In this document: positions 39,097 to 48,711 of the stretch, piece by piece | Layout of the letters: each line of letters opens with the position of its first letter | Position numbering within the stretch: position 1 is the first letter of the stretch | From: Candidatus Bathyarchaeota archaeon | GTDB taxonomy: Archaea > Thermoproteota > Bathyarchaeia > Bathyarchaeales > Bathycorpusculaceae | Length of the DNA stretch: 64,000 nucleotides | Direction: 5' to 3' | NCBI GenBank assembly: GCA_963782525.1 | Contig: CAWAKC010000005.1 | Location: 57,385-121,384 of the forward strand | Program-made: the position numbers and the translations under genes | The notes under the pieces: generated by a model | Database searches by the model: none | What the model was told of the DNA's origin: nothing | What the model saw: the letters and a program-made list of their open reading frames with translations, nothing else

Positions 39097-39270
39097 CTAT
39101 TCAAGTTCTTCACTTGAAACAAGAAACACTGGGTACTCTTGTGAACCTGCTGCTTTGTTACCGGTGTTTGTGTGGCCTTTCATACATCTCATTCCGTATC
39201 TTGTTTTAGTTTCATTTTCCCAAACCTTTTCCGTTGATCCACCACATATTGGACACCTAAAATCTTTCAT
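39097..39270 (-). CDS. Small zinc-ribbon protein (57 aa), not in ORF track
   Basis: MKDFRCPICGG...RYGMRCMKGH...; SD AGGTGA upstream. Confidence 0.65.
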   Translation of the reverse strand: MKDFRCPICGGSTEKVWENETKTRYGMRCMKGHTNTGNKAAGSQEYPVFLVSSEELE

Positions 39271-39576
39271 ATATTTTCACCTAAAACCAAAGCTTCTCTG
39301 AAAAAGTCAAAAGTAAATAAGTTGTCGCTGTGTTTTTTCATATTTCTTTGTTCCTTTAGTTTTATATTGACTTGTTTTTGTTAAGCCTTCCTATTGTTTA
39401 AGCCTTCAAAAAATCTAAATACCCAAAATAGAAAATAAAAAATGGAGAATCAAAATGAGTGACATAGTTATTCTTGAAAACAAGAAGGGTAGCAGACTAT
39501 TCAAAGACCGCTTTATTCACGAAGATCAATGCTAACTTATCGCAGACATGCAATATTACTATGATAAAAAAAGAAG

Positions 39577-39816
39577 TTAAGGCTTAACGACTTCTGTGCT
39601 GGGTGGTTTTGTTTTATCGAGCCATTTCTTTCGCCACGCTTGAAGATCATCAATAAATAAGTCGTATTTGAGCCGATAATAGTCTTGGTCATAACGATCT
39701 TTGTATTTTATAGCGTTTTCATCAGGGAAATCTGCGTTTGCCTCATCTAAAACCTCTTTAATGTATGCATCTAATTTATCACGGATTTCAGTGTAGAGTT
39801 TGCCTTGTGTTATCAT
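39577..39816 (-). CDS. Small hypothetical protein
   Basis: 79 aa helical ORF with purine-rich upstream. Confidence 0.55.
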   Translation of the reverse strand: MITQGKLYTEIRDKLDAYIKEVLDEANADFPDENAIKYKDRYDQDYYRLKYDLFIDDLQAWRKKWLDKTKPPSTEVVKP

Positions 39817-40163
39817 GTTTCTTCAACTCTTCCTTAGCTTTATCTAGCAATCTATTTATTTAGTTGCCACTTCTGGAGCGCATTATTCATGCTTTAAACT
39901 TACTGTTTAACATAAACAGCTCTGGTATTTTATAAGGCGGGTCCCTTGCTGCAAAAAATGCAAGATTTACTTCTGTTTCTACTGCTCTCTCCAACTTCCA
40001 ACAATTCAAAATACAATAAAGAGAGAATGCCCTATGTGCGGTGGAAAATTCGAGTCGATCTCTTTCTTAAGATTTTTTGGGTCCTGTTTCATTGATTGTT
40101 TCAGTTTTGTTTCAGCCAACTACCATAAGCCCCCATGCACATATCATTATATGATGATGAACC

Positions 40164-40468
40164 ATGAGTAAAACAAAAATCGTAATAGCCTTGGTCGCAG
40201 TTGCGGCGTTGACCTTGGTCGCTGTTGGGTTGGCTTCTGCTCAAATAGCAGCCAACCAAACCTACACCGGCACACTCCCCAACACGGCAGCACCCAACAA
40301 CGGATTCTTTGGCTGGATGGGCAACTGCTTTGGATTCAGAAACAGCCAAAACCCAGCAGCAACCAGAACGTAGCCCCACAAGTGCCGCCTACAGCCAGTT
40401 CAGTTTCGGCACCCAACCAAGACAGCTATGGGTACGGATACGGCTATGGACCCTGCATGAGAAGATAA
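40164..40468 (+). pseudogene. Small secreted Gly/Tyr-tail protein, frameshifted
   Basis: Signal peptide; continues in another frame as NQNVAPQ...SYGYGYGYGPCMRR*; span 305 nt. Confidence 0.55.
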
Positions 40469-40521
40469 TACGTCTTTAAAACTCATTCCAGAAACCTTTT
40501 CTTAATTCTTTCTTGGAGTGT

Positions 40522-41544
40522 TTATCTTTTTTGTTTTGGGCATTCGTTGCCTAGACACCAACCATACTTTTGGATGGTTCTGCAGCTGTAGGGTCTAACT
40601 TCGTTTTTTTCTACTTTGTTGGAAAAAAACCAGTTCACTTGATAGCTTGTTATGGATTCGTCAAAATCGTTAAGGCACCGGAAAAGGTCAATTATGCTCT
40701 CAGGGCTATGAAACCCAAGAGAATACGCTTCCTGCAAGAGGGCTAATCGTTGCTGATGACACATCTCACCCGAGTTCAGGGCTTTAACAAAACAGGGTCT
40801 AATTCCATCAGAGTTCTCAAAGATCAAATTTCTTGCAACATAATTGACTCTTTTTTCATTGAGTGCTTTTCTAAATTCTCTTGCTTTATCCATCGCTGAC
40901 ATAATGTCTTTTTGCTTGAGTCCATAGAGCTTGAAATATTCAACACTTCGAACTTTATCCTGTTCTAGTTGGCTATCAACTACGAGGCATTCTTCACCCG
41001 ATTTCTCATGAACAGAAAATGGAATACGGCACATCCGATTAATGTCGCCAACAACCGCGTAGTCAATAAATCGATAATCGTGATCTTGCAAAAGTTCAAG
41101 CTGAAGCTGCCTGTAAACCTGCTTCCAAAACTCAAGTTCCCGATTTATTTCGTAAATAGAGTCAAAGAAAACATGCACATGAAAACCCCGCCGAGTCCTT
41201 ACAACAAGTGGTTTAATGTTTAGTGTACCGAGGTGTTTTAGAAAATATTTCACTTCATCCCGCAGCTCTGACTTTCGTTTTTGGGTTTCTGCTTCGGCAA
41301 TTGAATCGCTTTTTTTGCAGTAGTCAAAGTCGAAAAATATCTTCTCTATGCCTAAGGGTTGTGCTTTGTCTTTCTCTGGTTGAACGCTTATGAACGCTGG
41401 TGCCTTGTTTTCGGCGCATTCCTCAATAAACGGAAAAATATCGTTAGGGTTGTCGGTGAACCATCTTTCTGGGATTCCCAAATCTCGTCCGAAAGATCCG
41501 AAAAACTCCGAAAGAAATTGTTCTTTTGTTACATGGTTCTCCAT
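40522..41544 (-). CDS. Fused archaeo-eukaryotic primase (PriS catalytic + PriL-like Fe-S C-terminal domain)
   Basis: FFDFD, RGFHVH, GDINRMCRIP; C-terminal RPC...YSCRTIQKYGWCLGNECP. Confidence 0.82.
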   Translation of the reverse strand: MENHVTKEQFLSEFFGSFGRDLGIPERWFTDNPNDIFPFIEECAENKAPAFISVQPEKDKAQPLGIEKIFFDFDYCKKSDSIAEAETQKRKSELRDEVKYFLKHLGTLNIKPLVVRTRRGFHVHVFFDSIYEINRELEFWKQVYRQLQLELLQDHDYRFIDYAVVGDINRMCRIPFSVHEKSGEECLVVDSQLEQDKVRSVEYFKLYGLKQKDIMSAMDKAREFRKALNEKRVNYVARNLIFENSDGIRPCFVKALNSGEMCHQQRLALLQEAYSLGFHSPESIIDLFRCLNDFDESITSYQVNWFFSNKVEKNEVRPYSCRTIQKYGWCLGNECPKQKR

Positions 41545-41574
41545 TGCGGTTCCCTATATTCGTCTTAGGGTTAC

Positions 41575-42192
41575 TTACCAGTCGTCTCTTTTGCTTATTT
41601 CTTCTTGTTTTTGGTCTTGTTCTATTTCACGATAAATATTTTTTGCGGAAGATGTAACAACCGTTAGATCTGTACCTGCAACACTTTTCACGGTTGGAAT
41701 TTTCACCAATCTTTCTTCTCTAGTTTTTTGTACATATTGAACAGCCATTTCTTTAGAGGTGAAATTTAGCTTTTCACCAGAAGACCACATCTCATACATT
41801 TCCACCCTAAACAAGTATTCCTCTGCACCAATTCCCTTCATATCCACGATTAAAAGAAACTCAAAAGTGTCATTTAGTAGAGTACTTTGAGGTATGCTAA
41901 TTGTTGTTGAATTGAGCAGGTGCTCTTGAAAATATAGATCTAAGTTAACTTTTGAAAAAGATGCTTTTGAAGGCAATAGGCTAAAGTCAACTTTAAAGGC
42001 TAACTCGTCTTCTTTGGTTGTCTCGGAGACGCTGTTGATCACTATTTCTTTTGTTGACTTAATTGGCTCTTTATTTCTGTTAATGTTGAATTGAAAAGAG
42101 AGGTCTTCAAGCGTTGATTGCTTTTTCTGCTTAACATTAACTGATATTATCTCTCTTTTTTGCTGATTCTTAGATAATCTAACCATTCTCAA
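41575..42192 (-). CDS. Hypothetical protein (beta-rich core)
   Basis: 205 aa; 30 nt upstream of the primase, same strand. Confidence 0.7.
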   Translation of the reverse strand: MRMVRLSKNQQKREIISVNVKQKKQSTLEDLSFQFNINRNKEPIKSTKEIVINSVSETTKEDELAFKVDFSLLPSKASFSKVNLDLYFQEHLLNSTTISIPQSTLLNDTFEFLLIVDMKGIGAEEYLFRVEMYEMWSSGEKLNFTSKEMAVQYVQKTREERLVKIPTVKSVAGTDLTVVTSSAKNIYREIEQDQKQEEISKRDDW

Positions 42193-42348
42193 ATCAACTA
42201 TTCATTTCAACTGGATAATATATTAGGCAATGTTTAATGATGTATTCTCTGTCCAATCTTTGCATAATAACTTTGCCTGGTACTAACGAAAGGTTAAATC
42301 CAAAATCAATCATAATAACGCATTGAATAGACAACCGGAAATGAAATT

Positions 42349-42666
42349 ATGAACTTAGCGGTCGAGCTTAAAAAACTTCAGGGCAAGCGTTTGACAACTC
42401 TTTACCAAAACAAACCTTTTGAAATCAATCAAGTTTCAAATGACCAAATAATTCTCAAAACGACCAAAGAATCACGTCACCCTATAACCATGAAAGAAAT
42501 AAGACTTGCCTGGAACCATTTAGAAAAATGTAAAAAATTAACACGATCAGAAGCGCGAGATTTGGGGGATTCTGAAATTAACCCTACTTATGTAATGGCT
42601 ATACTTGCAAGCTTGCCCGGAGTTACTCACAGTCTTGGGCCAATCATACTAAGGCTCCCTGAATAG
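42349..42666 (+). CDS. Hypothetical protein
   Basis: 105 aa intact ORF near the island end. Confidence 0.65.
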   Translation: MNLAVELKKLQGKRLTTLYQNKPFEINQVSNDQIILKTTKESRHPITMKEIRLAWNHLEKCKKLTRSEARDLGDSEINPTYVMAILASLPGVTHSLGPIILRLPE

Positions 42667-42959
42667 TATGCTTGTGATTGTTGGCCTCATTTTTAGAAAA
42701 CAAATTTGCCTGTTCCAAGTTTCCGCTGCCAACCTCATTCCGTGCAATGAGAGTTGCTGGCAAGAACTAAATGAAAAATCAACACAACTTGACCCTATCG
42801 CGCTATAGCTAGAAAATACTCGGCGTAAGCGGTTAAATCAAAATGTTTGAGCGAAAAGAAAAACCATAGTTATTTGCGAAAGCCTCAAAACTGATACTTT
42901 TGCGGTATAAAACTTGCCAGCTGTCTTTCAACTGAATAAACAAAATAAATACTGCGATT

Positions 42960-43037
42960 TGGTGGACCGGGCGGGATTTGAACCCGCGGCTTCCGCGTTG
43001 CGAACGCGGCGATCATACCGAACTGATCTACCGGCCC
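42960..43037 (-). tRNA. tRNA-Ala(CGC), intronless, CCA encoded
   Basis: GGGCCGG...CCGCG-TT-CGC-AA-CGCGG...GGTTCAAATCC...CCGGTCC-A-CCA; G3.U70 Ala identity pair. Confidence 0.97.
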
Positions 43038-43196
43038 TTTTTCTGGAAAAACACGGTTAATAGGGCATTTAGAGGTTTCGGTGGGTTTGGCACTGGATTG
43101 TTTGGGCATATTTGGCTTATAACATCCAATCATTGAAGAAAACGGCAGTGAGGTAGTTATTCACTAAGGATAGATAATGATTATCGCTTTGAGCAC

Positions 43197-44099
43197 CTAT
43201 TTCTTATGTGCTATCGTTATTTGGTATAGCTTTGGCCAGTCTTTGCCGGTGACGAATAATCTGTTGGTTTGTGCGTCGTATGCTATGCCGTTTAGGACAT
43301 TGTCTGGAACGTTCGATGGGTTGTTGGTTTGGTACAAATCTGACAAATCAATCCAGCCCTTAACTTGCCCAGTTTGTGGGTTAATTATGGCGATTTTCTG
43401 TTGCATCCAAATGTTAGCGTAAACGTCTCCGTTAACATATTCTAACTCGTTGATGTTCGTGACTGAAGTGTTTCCATCGTGAACGCTTACTTGGCCAATC
43501 CGCTGGAATGTTGTTGGATCAAGGAAATAGAGGTTTGAGGTGCCATCGCTCATGATTAAGTAGTTGCCATCGTAAGTTAAGCCCCAACCCTCCGTGGAAT
43601 AACTAAAGTTGCCAATCAAACTGAGCGTTGCTTTATCTACGATAAAGCCGATGTGATTTTGCCACGTTAACTGAATCAGCGTGTCGTTGACAATTGTCAA
43701 GCCTTCGCCGAAGTATTCCACTGGCAAATTGACTTCTTTCAGTACGTTGCCGCTTGTAAGGTCCACACGACGCAGAGAACTGGCTTCTCCTGTACTTTCA
43801 TACAGATACCCATTGTCGAAAACTAAGCCTTCTGTGAAGGCGTTGATGTCGTGTGGGTATGTTTGGACTATATTGTATGTGTAGAGTGTTGGACTATTAG
43901 ACGGCGTTTGCGTAGGCGCTGGTGCTGGTGTTGAATTAGGTGATTGCGTACGTGAAGCGGTTGGGAAAGGTGTTGGGGTTGGTGATTGAGTTGGAGATGC
44001 ACCGTTAGATGAAGCTAACCCGGATAAAGAAACCGCTAAAGCGCCGATAACCAACACTGCTAAAACAAAAACGGCGACTGTAACATACTGCTTTTTCAT
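43197..44099 (-). CDS. Glutaminyl-peptide cyclotransferase (beta-propeller type), membrane-anchored
   Basis: YPHD..AFTEGL, LYESTG, FGEGLT, EGWGLT, MSDGT, NELE, VLNGIAYD, TGKDWP. Confidence 0.93.
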   Translation of the reverse strand: MKKQYVTVAVFVLAVLVIGALAVSLSGLASSNGASPTQSPTPTPFPTASRTQSPNSTPAPAPTQTPSNSPTLYTYNIVQTYPHDINAFTEGLVFDNGYLYESTGEASSLRRVDLTSGNVLKEVNLPVEYFGEGLTIVNDTLIQLTWQNHIGFIVDKATLSLIGNFSYSTEGWGLTYDGNYLIMSDGTSNLYFLDPTTFQRIGQVSVHDGNTSVTNINELEYVNGDVYANIWMQQKIAIINPQTGQVKGWIDLSDLYQTNNPSNVPDNVLNGIAYDAQTNRLFVTGKDWPKLYQITIAHKK

Positions 44100-44227
44100 G
44101 TTGAAACATCAATGCAACATCAACTTTATATGCTGAACGCATAAACTCAGCAAAAGTGTCCTAAGCGAAACACTTAAGTGCAGAGAAATCTAAGTTGTGT
44201 CTCAGACTATAAAATAGGTGAAATCAA

Positions 44228-44803
44228 TTGGCTGTTGAAGGTTTTTTCGAAAACAAAAAGGAACCTGTAGAAGCAAAAGTCGGCGACTTAACCCCACAAT
44301 CAAAAGCGGTTAACGTTACGGCCAAAGTAGTATCCAAAACAGAAGTACGTGAAATTCCAATGGGCAGAGATGGCTCTGCACACAAGGTATCTGACGCACT
44401 CATTGGCGACGAAACTGGCGTAGTGTATCTAACCCTATGGGATGATAACATAGAGAAAGTCAACGAAGCAGACACAGTGCGCATTGAAAACGGGTATGTA
44501 ACACTCTTCAAAGGAAACATACGCCTAAACATAGGCAAATACGGCAAACTTGAACCGGCAAAAGAGCCACTCGCAGTGGAAGTTAACACAGAAAACAATG
44601 TTTCAAGCAAAACATACGAGCAAGAACGCAGACCATTTAGAGGCGGCGGACGAGGATTCGGTGGCGGCGGCGGATACGGTGGAGGACGAGACAGACGCGG
44701 TGGCGGAGGATACGGCGGTGGCGGCGGTTACGGTGGCGATCGACGCGGTGGCGGAGATCGACGCGGTGGCGGCGGCAGCGGCGGTTACAGACCAAGATAC
44801 TAA
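44228..44803 (+). CDS. ssb: Single OB-fold ssDNA-binding protein with RGG-rich tail
   Basis: IGDETGVVYLTLWD, IENGYVTLFKG..RLNIGKYG; Gly/Arg/Tyr tail. Confidence 0.88.
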   Translation: MAVEGFFENKKEPVEAKVGDLTPQSKAVNVTAKVVSKTEVREIPMGRDGSAHKVSDALIGDETGVVYLTLWDDNIEKVNEADTVRIENGYVTLFKGNIRLNIGKYGKLEPAKEPLAVEVNTENNVSSKTYEQERRPFRGGGRGFGGGGGYGGGRDRRGGGGYGGGGGYGGDRRGGGDRRGGGGSGGYRPRY

Positions 44804-44891
44804 AACTTCCAACCTTTAAGTTAGAAGAAATTTTTTCTTTTTTTGATTTTTTGTTTTTAGAATCCAGACCTATTTGTTTATGTTAATTTGG

Positions 44892-46043
44892 TTAAGGTAA
44901 AGTTTGGTTCCAGTAGAAGACCTTGCTGTAGTCTTTCAGTATTGGCTCAATTACTTGTGGTTCATTGTAGAGAATGTCAAAGCGTGCTCCGTAAGTGGGA
45001 ATCAAAGTGTTATTGACGTCATCATAAATTTTTGTTGATAATGTATCCGAAGGGAATAGTCCCCATATGTGGTCGTTTTTGTTGCGGAATCCAAACCCGT
45101 AATTCTCAGGGACAATGTATGCGGCTTGGGCTTTGTTTGAACCAAAACTACTTGGGTTACTGTGGAGGGTGTCCCAAAATTGCTTTAGAGCTTCAAAGTG
45201 CCCTTGCTCATCGCTTAAAGTGCCGTATTCACCGATTTTGGGGTAACTGAAAACAAATGCGTATTTGGCTCCTGAACTGTAAGCTAAAGAAAGGTCATTG
45301 TACAATTCGGTACCATTCTCAAGGTACAATCCCTGATTGTATTTCCAGTTAATTATCACACCCCAATCCCTGTGGAATGCGTTGGCAGCTCCTCTGTCGA
45401 GGGCAATGATGCGTTGTCTACTTTCATTGCCAACGAACTCAGCAAAAACTGCTGTATAGTTTCCTTTGTAATCAAACCAGTTGAGTGCATAGTCAGCAGT
45501 GAATATGCTGGGGGTATAAGGGTGATAGAGGTTTATCATGGCTGAAAGGTTTCCCACGTAGTTCTGCGCGGTTTGGCTGTAGGTTGAGGTGTCATTTATG
45601 ATTTGGGATGGTCCGTCGTCAAGTTGATTTCCGCCCGGTTCATCAATCTTGTAGATGCCGAGGAATTGGCTACCGTACTTTTGTTGAGCGTCCAGCATCC
45701 AGTTTGCGATGTTGTAGCCGTTTGAGTAATTATACATGTTAAAGCCTGTGAAGAGCACGATGAAGTTTAATCCCGAAGCGTAAATGTAGTCGCAGGATTC
45801 ATTCAAAGCTGTCCTGTTAAAAGTTAATTCGACTGAGCCGATGACGAAAAGGTTCGTGTAATCCTTGACCTTATCTACCAGCGCCTTAACTTCGCTGGTT
45901 TGGTTGCCGTAAGCGTACTCTACGCCCAAATAGAATTGTCTAGGTGCAGTTTGGCTGCTGAACCAGTTGAGTGCCAAAAAAAGCGACAGCACAATTACTG
46001 CAATAAGTAGGATTGCATTTGAGATGGCGAGTTTGCGATTCAA
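44892..46043 (-). CDS. Secreted or membrane-anchored hypothetical protein (possible glycoside-hydrolase-like barrel)
   Basis: N-terminal TM; GIYKIDEPGG; many sequons. Confidence 0.7.
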   Translation of the reverse strand: MNRKLAISNAILLIAVIVLSLFLALNWFSSQTAPRQFYLGVEYAYGNQTSEVKALVDKVKDYTNLFVIGSVELTFNRTALNESCDYIYASGLNFIVLFTGFNMYNYSNGYNIANWMLDAQQKYGSQFLGIYKIDEPGGNQLDDGPSQIINDTSTYSQTAQNYVGNLSAMINLYHPYTPSIFTADYALNWFDYKGNYTAVFAEFVGNESRQRIIALDRGAANAFHRDWGVIINWKYNQGLYLENGTELYNDLSLAYSSGAKYAFVFSYPKIGEYGTLSDEQGHFEALKQFWDTLHSNPSSFGSNKAQAAYIVPENYGFGFRNKNDHIWGLFPSDTLSTKIYDDVNNTLIPTYGARFDILYNEPQVIEPILKDYSKVFYWNQTLP

Positions 46044-46144
46044 GTTTTCTCTACCAATGGTAAAAGTGATTGGTTGAAAAAGTATTTAACTTTTGAATAA
46101 ACATGGCTAAGCTAAAGAAAAATTAGAATTAAGAAGGTGAGATT

Positions 46145-46597
46145 TTATCTTTTGTAGAGCCCTATCAACTCGCCCTTAGCAAGAATATGATTTTCCATTG
46201 CTTTTTCGAGGTCTCGTTTAGTGGTTTTGGCACCCAACTTTAACTCTTTGTCGAGGGCATAAACCTTAAAGAAATATCTGTGCGTACCAGACGGCGGGCA
46301 TGGACCCATAAACCCTTTTTGCCGTGCACCATTCAACCCCTCAGTTCCCGGAACTGAGCGCTCAACTATTTTGGTTGTGGATGGCGGAATGTCCCAGACG
46401 ACCCAGTGGTCAAAAGTTCCATGAGGAGCGTCAGGGTCATCAACAATCAGGGCGAGGCTTTTGGATTCTTTTGGAACACCTTCAATGGTAATTGGAGGAT
46501 TCATTTCTTCTCCATCGCAACTATATTTCTTTGGGATTGGGCTGTTAGGTTGGAAGGCTGGGCTTTTGATTATTAATTCTTTCATTAAAATCCTCAA
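46145..46597 (-). CDS. YbhB/YbcL PEBP-family protein
   Basis: DDPDAP..TFDHWVVW, GPCPPSGTHRYFFKVYALD. Confidence 0.95.
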   Translation of the reverse strand: MRILMKELIIKSPAFQPNSPIPKKYSCDGEEMNPPITIEGVPKESKSLALIVDDPDAPHGTFDHWVVWDIPPSTTKIVERSVPGTEGLNGARQKGFMGPCPPSGTHRYFFKVYALDKELKLGAKTTKRDLEKAMENHILAKGELIGLYKR

Positions 46598-46725
46598 AAA
46601 ACAATGGTTTAGGTACTAGTTAAAGTTGGCGAATAATTCTTGAAGGGAGAAAGTTGGAGCAGGTTTGGGGCGAATATCTTCAATCCATGAGACAAACATA
46701 AGGCTTAGTTTAAGCTAAAGAAGGT

Positions 46726-46920
46726 TTAAGTTTGTTCTTCTGTCCATTTTTCAACAATTAGTTTTCCGTCTTTGGCGTTGAAGTGGACTTTAACGGGCAT
46801 TGAGCCTTCGCATTTGAGTGGAAACATGCTATCGTCTACAAGGCGAACGGGCAAGTACAGTAGGTACCTGTTGTCTTTTCGTCTAAAGATTGTTCCTTTT
46901 CCCTCATTACCCAAGGCCAT
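46726..46920 (-). CDS. Small AbrB/SpoVT-like protein
   Basis: RYLLYLP...V.V....GKLIVEK swapped-hairpin pattern. Confidence 0.6.
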   Translation of the reverse strand: MALGNEGKGTIFRRKDNRYLLYLPVRLVDDSMFPLKCEGSMPVKVHFNAKDGKLIVEKWTEEQT

Positions 46921-47004
46921 TCACAAGTAAGTTAACGATGTTTCGTTGTTTGCTTTTAAAGTTGACTGTTCAGTAAGTAGGAAGTTGTCACGGTTTGGTT
47001 GCAC

Positions 47005-48711
47005 TTAGGTTTCAGCTTTTCTTAGAAGTTCCCGGGCGCTGCCAAGGTTGATTTTGTAGAAGACTACCGTGAACACAGATGCAATGACTCCGCTGATTAC
47101 TAATGCAATAGCGAGTTCGACTGGTCCCATGGATGGAAGCGGCAAAAAAGACGAGGCAAACCGCACAATAATATATGGCGCCAGAGGAGCCAGTATAGCT
47201 AATCCTGCAAGGGTACAAGCAACGAAGCTTGCCAGCGACCACTCTTGGCGAATCATCCTCGCCCTTCGAGTTGCAGAGAAATCCGCTCCTCTAAAACCAA
47301 AATGCAATCCCATTGAGCCTAAAGAGAAAGTCAAGAACAAACTTTCCAAAAAAGCGATAATTGTTGTGCTGATTGAGGGTCGGAAAAAGACCACGCCTAT
47401 AGTTCCTGTTATAATCAAGACAATTATTGCAAAGAACGTTAAAAATGCAAATTTGCTTTTAACCAAGTTTTTGGGTGAGATAGGTGAGGCATAGATGCGC
47501 CAAACCGCTTGTCCTTCTTCTCCAATCAGCATGTTTCCCAGAGTCATAGCAATGATGCTTGAGGGAAAGAGGAAAATCATTGCTTCAAAAAACAAATTAA
47601 TCCCTGAAGGCGCACCCTGATTTGAGACGTTTATCGAGTTAAAGATGGGTACGATGATGAATACGATGGGTATGATGAATATTCCGATTAGTTCTCGGCG
47701 CCGGGTGAATGCTCGGGCATCTTTGCGAATTATGGCTGCTTCCACAGTGGAGAATCCGAGTTTTCCGAGTATTCCAGCTTTTGGTGCGTAGATGCCGCTT
47801 GTTTGAACTTTAATTGCTGGGGGCTCGTAGAGTCCAAACCGTTGATTTAGAAAAACAGCAAGGTAGTATAGACCTGCAATGAACAATGCTGACGCGGCTA
47901 CAAATACTACACCTATCAAGAAAGAGCTGTTGAGTATTAGGTAGTAGAGCGTTATGCCGAGCCAAACGTAGGGAATAAACCAGATAGAGCTCTGGAATTT
48001 AGCGATGCTTTGAATGAACGTTATGGATCCTGAGCCCGTGAAGATTGCGAAATAAATTAAGTATAGAATTAAGAAAAATAATAACGACCCGATTAATCTA
48101 ACCCAGATGGCTGCTCGTCCGCTTGATTTGTAAACTGCGCCGGTAAAGCGTACTTGAATAATTCTGAGGATTTCCGTTGTGGCGCTACCCATGAAGGCGG
48201 CACCAAACAACGCCACCGTTGTTATTAGTGCTGCAACGATTAAACCATTGAAAATAGCAAAAACAATAAGGCCAAACGCGAACCCGGTGGCTAGAGCAAG
48301 CGGAAGCCCAAACAAGTTAGCTAAGATAGATGCTAAGGTATGTTCTCGCCATGTAACAGGTAGCCAGTACATGACTTGCGAGCTTTTTTTGATACCTGCA
48401 AGTTGGATTTGCTGGAACATCGTGAAAACCAAGCTGAGAAGTAATATCAAAGTTGGCATGGATACGAAAAAGCCCAATGCAGAATCTTTTAAAGGCGGTA
48501 ATCCGCCGGAAACTGATGTTGGATCCGCATACACTATTGTTGTGAGGTAGTTAGCTAGTAAACCGCCTAATATGCCGAGGATTGCGGCGAGCCAGTAAGG
48601 CCAATAGGCAAGAAGGCTGTGTTCGCGGTACCGAGTTGATTTTATGCCTCTAATCAACCTGCCCGACTTGCGTTCGACACGCAAAAGGAAGAGGACGTTC
48701 TTCCAATTCAT
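47005..48711 (-). CDS. ABC transporter permease (about 12 TM)
   Basis: Polytopic; ATGA overlap with the ATPase gene. Confidence 0.8.
   Translation of the reverse strand: MNWKNVLFLLRVERKSGRLIRGIKSTRYREHSLLAYWPYWLAAILGILGGLLANYLTTIVYADPTSVSGGLPPLKDSALGFFVSMPTLILLLSLVFTMFQQIQLAGIKKSSQVMYWLPVTWREHTLASILANLFGLPLALATGFAFGLIVFAIFNGLIVAALITTVALFGAAFMGSATTEILRIIQVRFTGAVYKSSGRAAIWVRLIGSLLFFLILYLIYFAIFTGSGSITFIQSIAKFQSSIWFIPYVWLGITLYYLILNSSFLIGVVFVAASALFIAGLYYLAVFLNQRFGLYEPPAIKVQTSGIYAPKAGILGKLGFSTVEAAIIRKDARAFTRRRELIGIFIIPIVFIIVPIFNSINVSNQGAPSGINLFFEAMIFLFPSSIIAMTLGNMLIGEEGQAVWRIYASPISPKNLVKSKFAFLTFFAIIVLIITGTIGVVFFRPSISTTIIAFLESLFLTFSLGSMGLHFGFRGADFSATRRARMIRQEWSLASFVACTLAGLAILAPLAPYIIVRFASSFLPLPSMGPVELAIALVISGVIASVFTVVFYKINLGSARELLRKAET

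Larger units (their letters stand above)
23003..42978. mobile_element. Decayed composite genomic island at tRNA-Ala(CGC)
   Basis: Bounded by 17-bp tRNA-end repeat; contains more tRNA remnants, terminase pseudogene, IS, primase, long non-coding gaps; no integrase seen. Confidence 0.65.

Noticed and set aside
42727-42763. Hairpin CAACCTCATT/AATGAGAGTTG as a fluoride-type riboswitch
   Set aside because: Lacks the downstream conserved elements and has no gene positioned to regulate
42885-43133. 82-aa ORF
   Set aside because: Overlaps the tRNA-Ala gene
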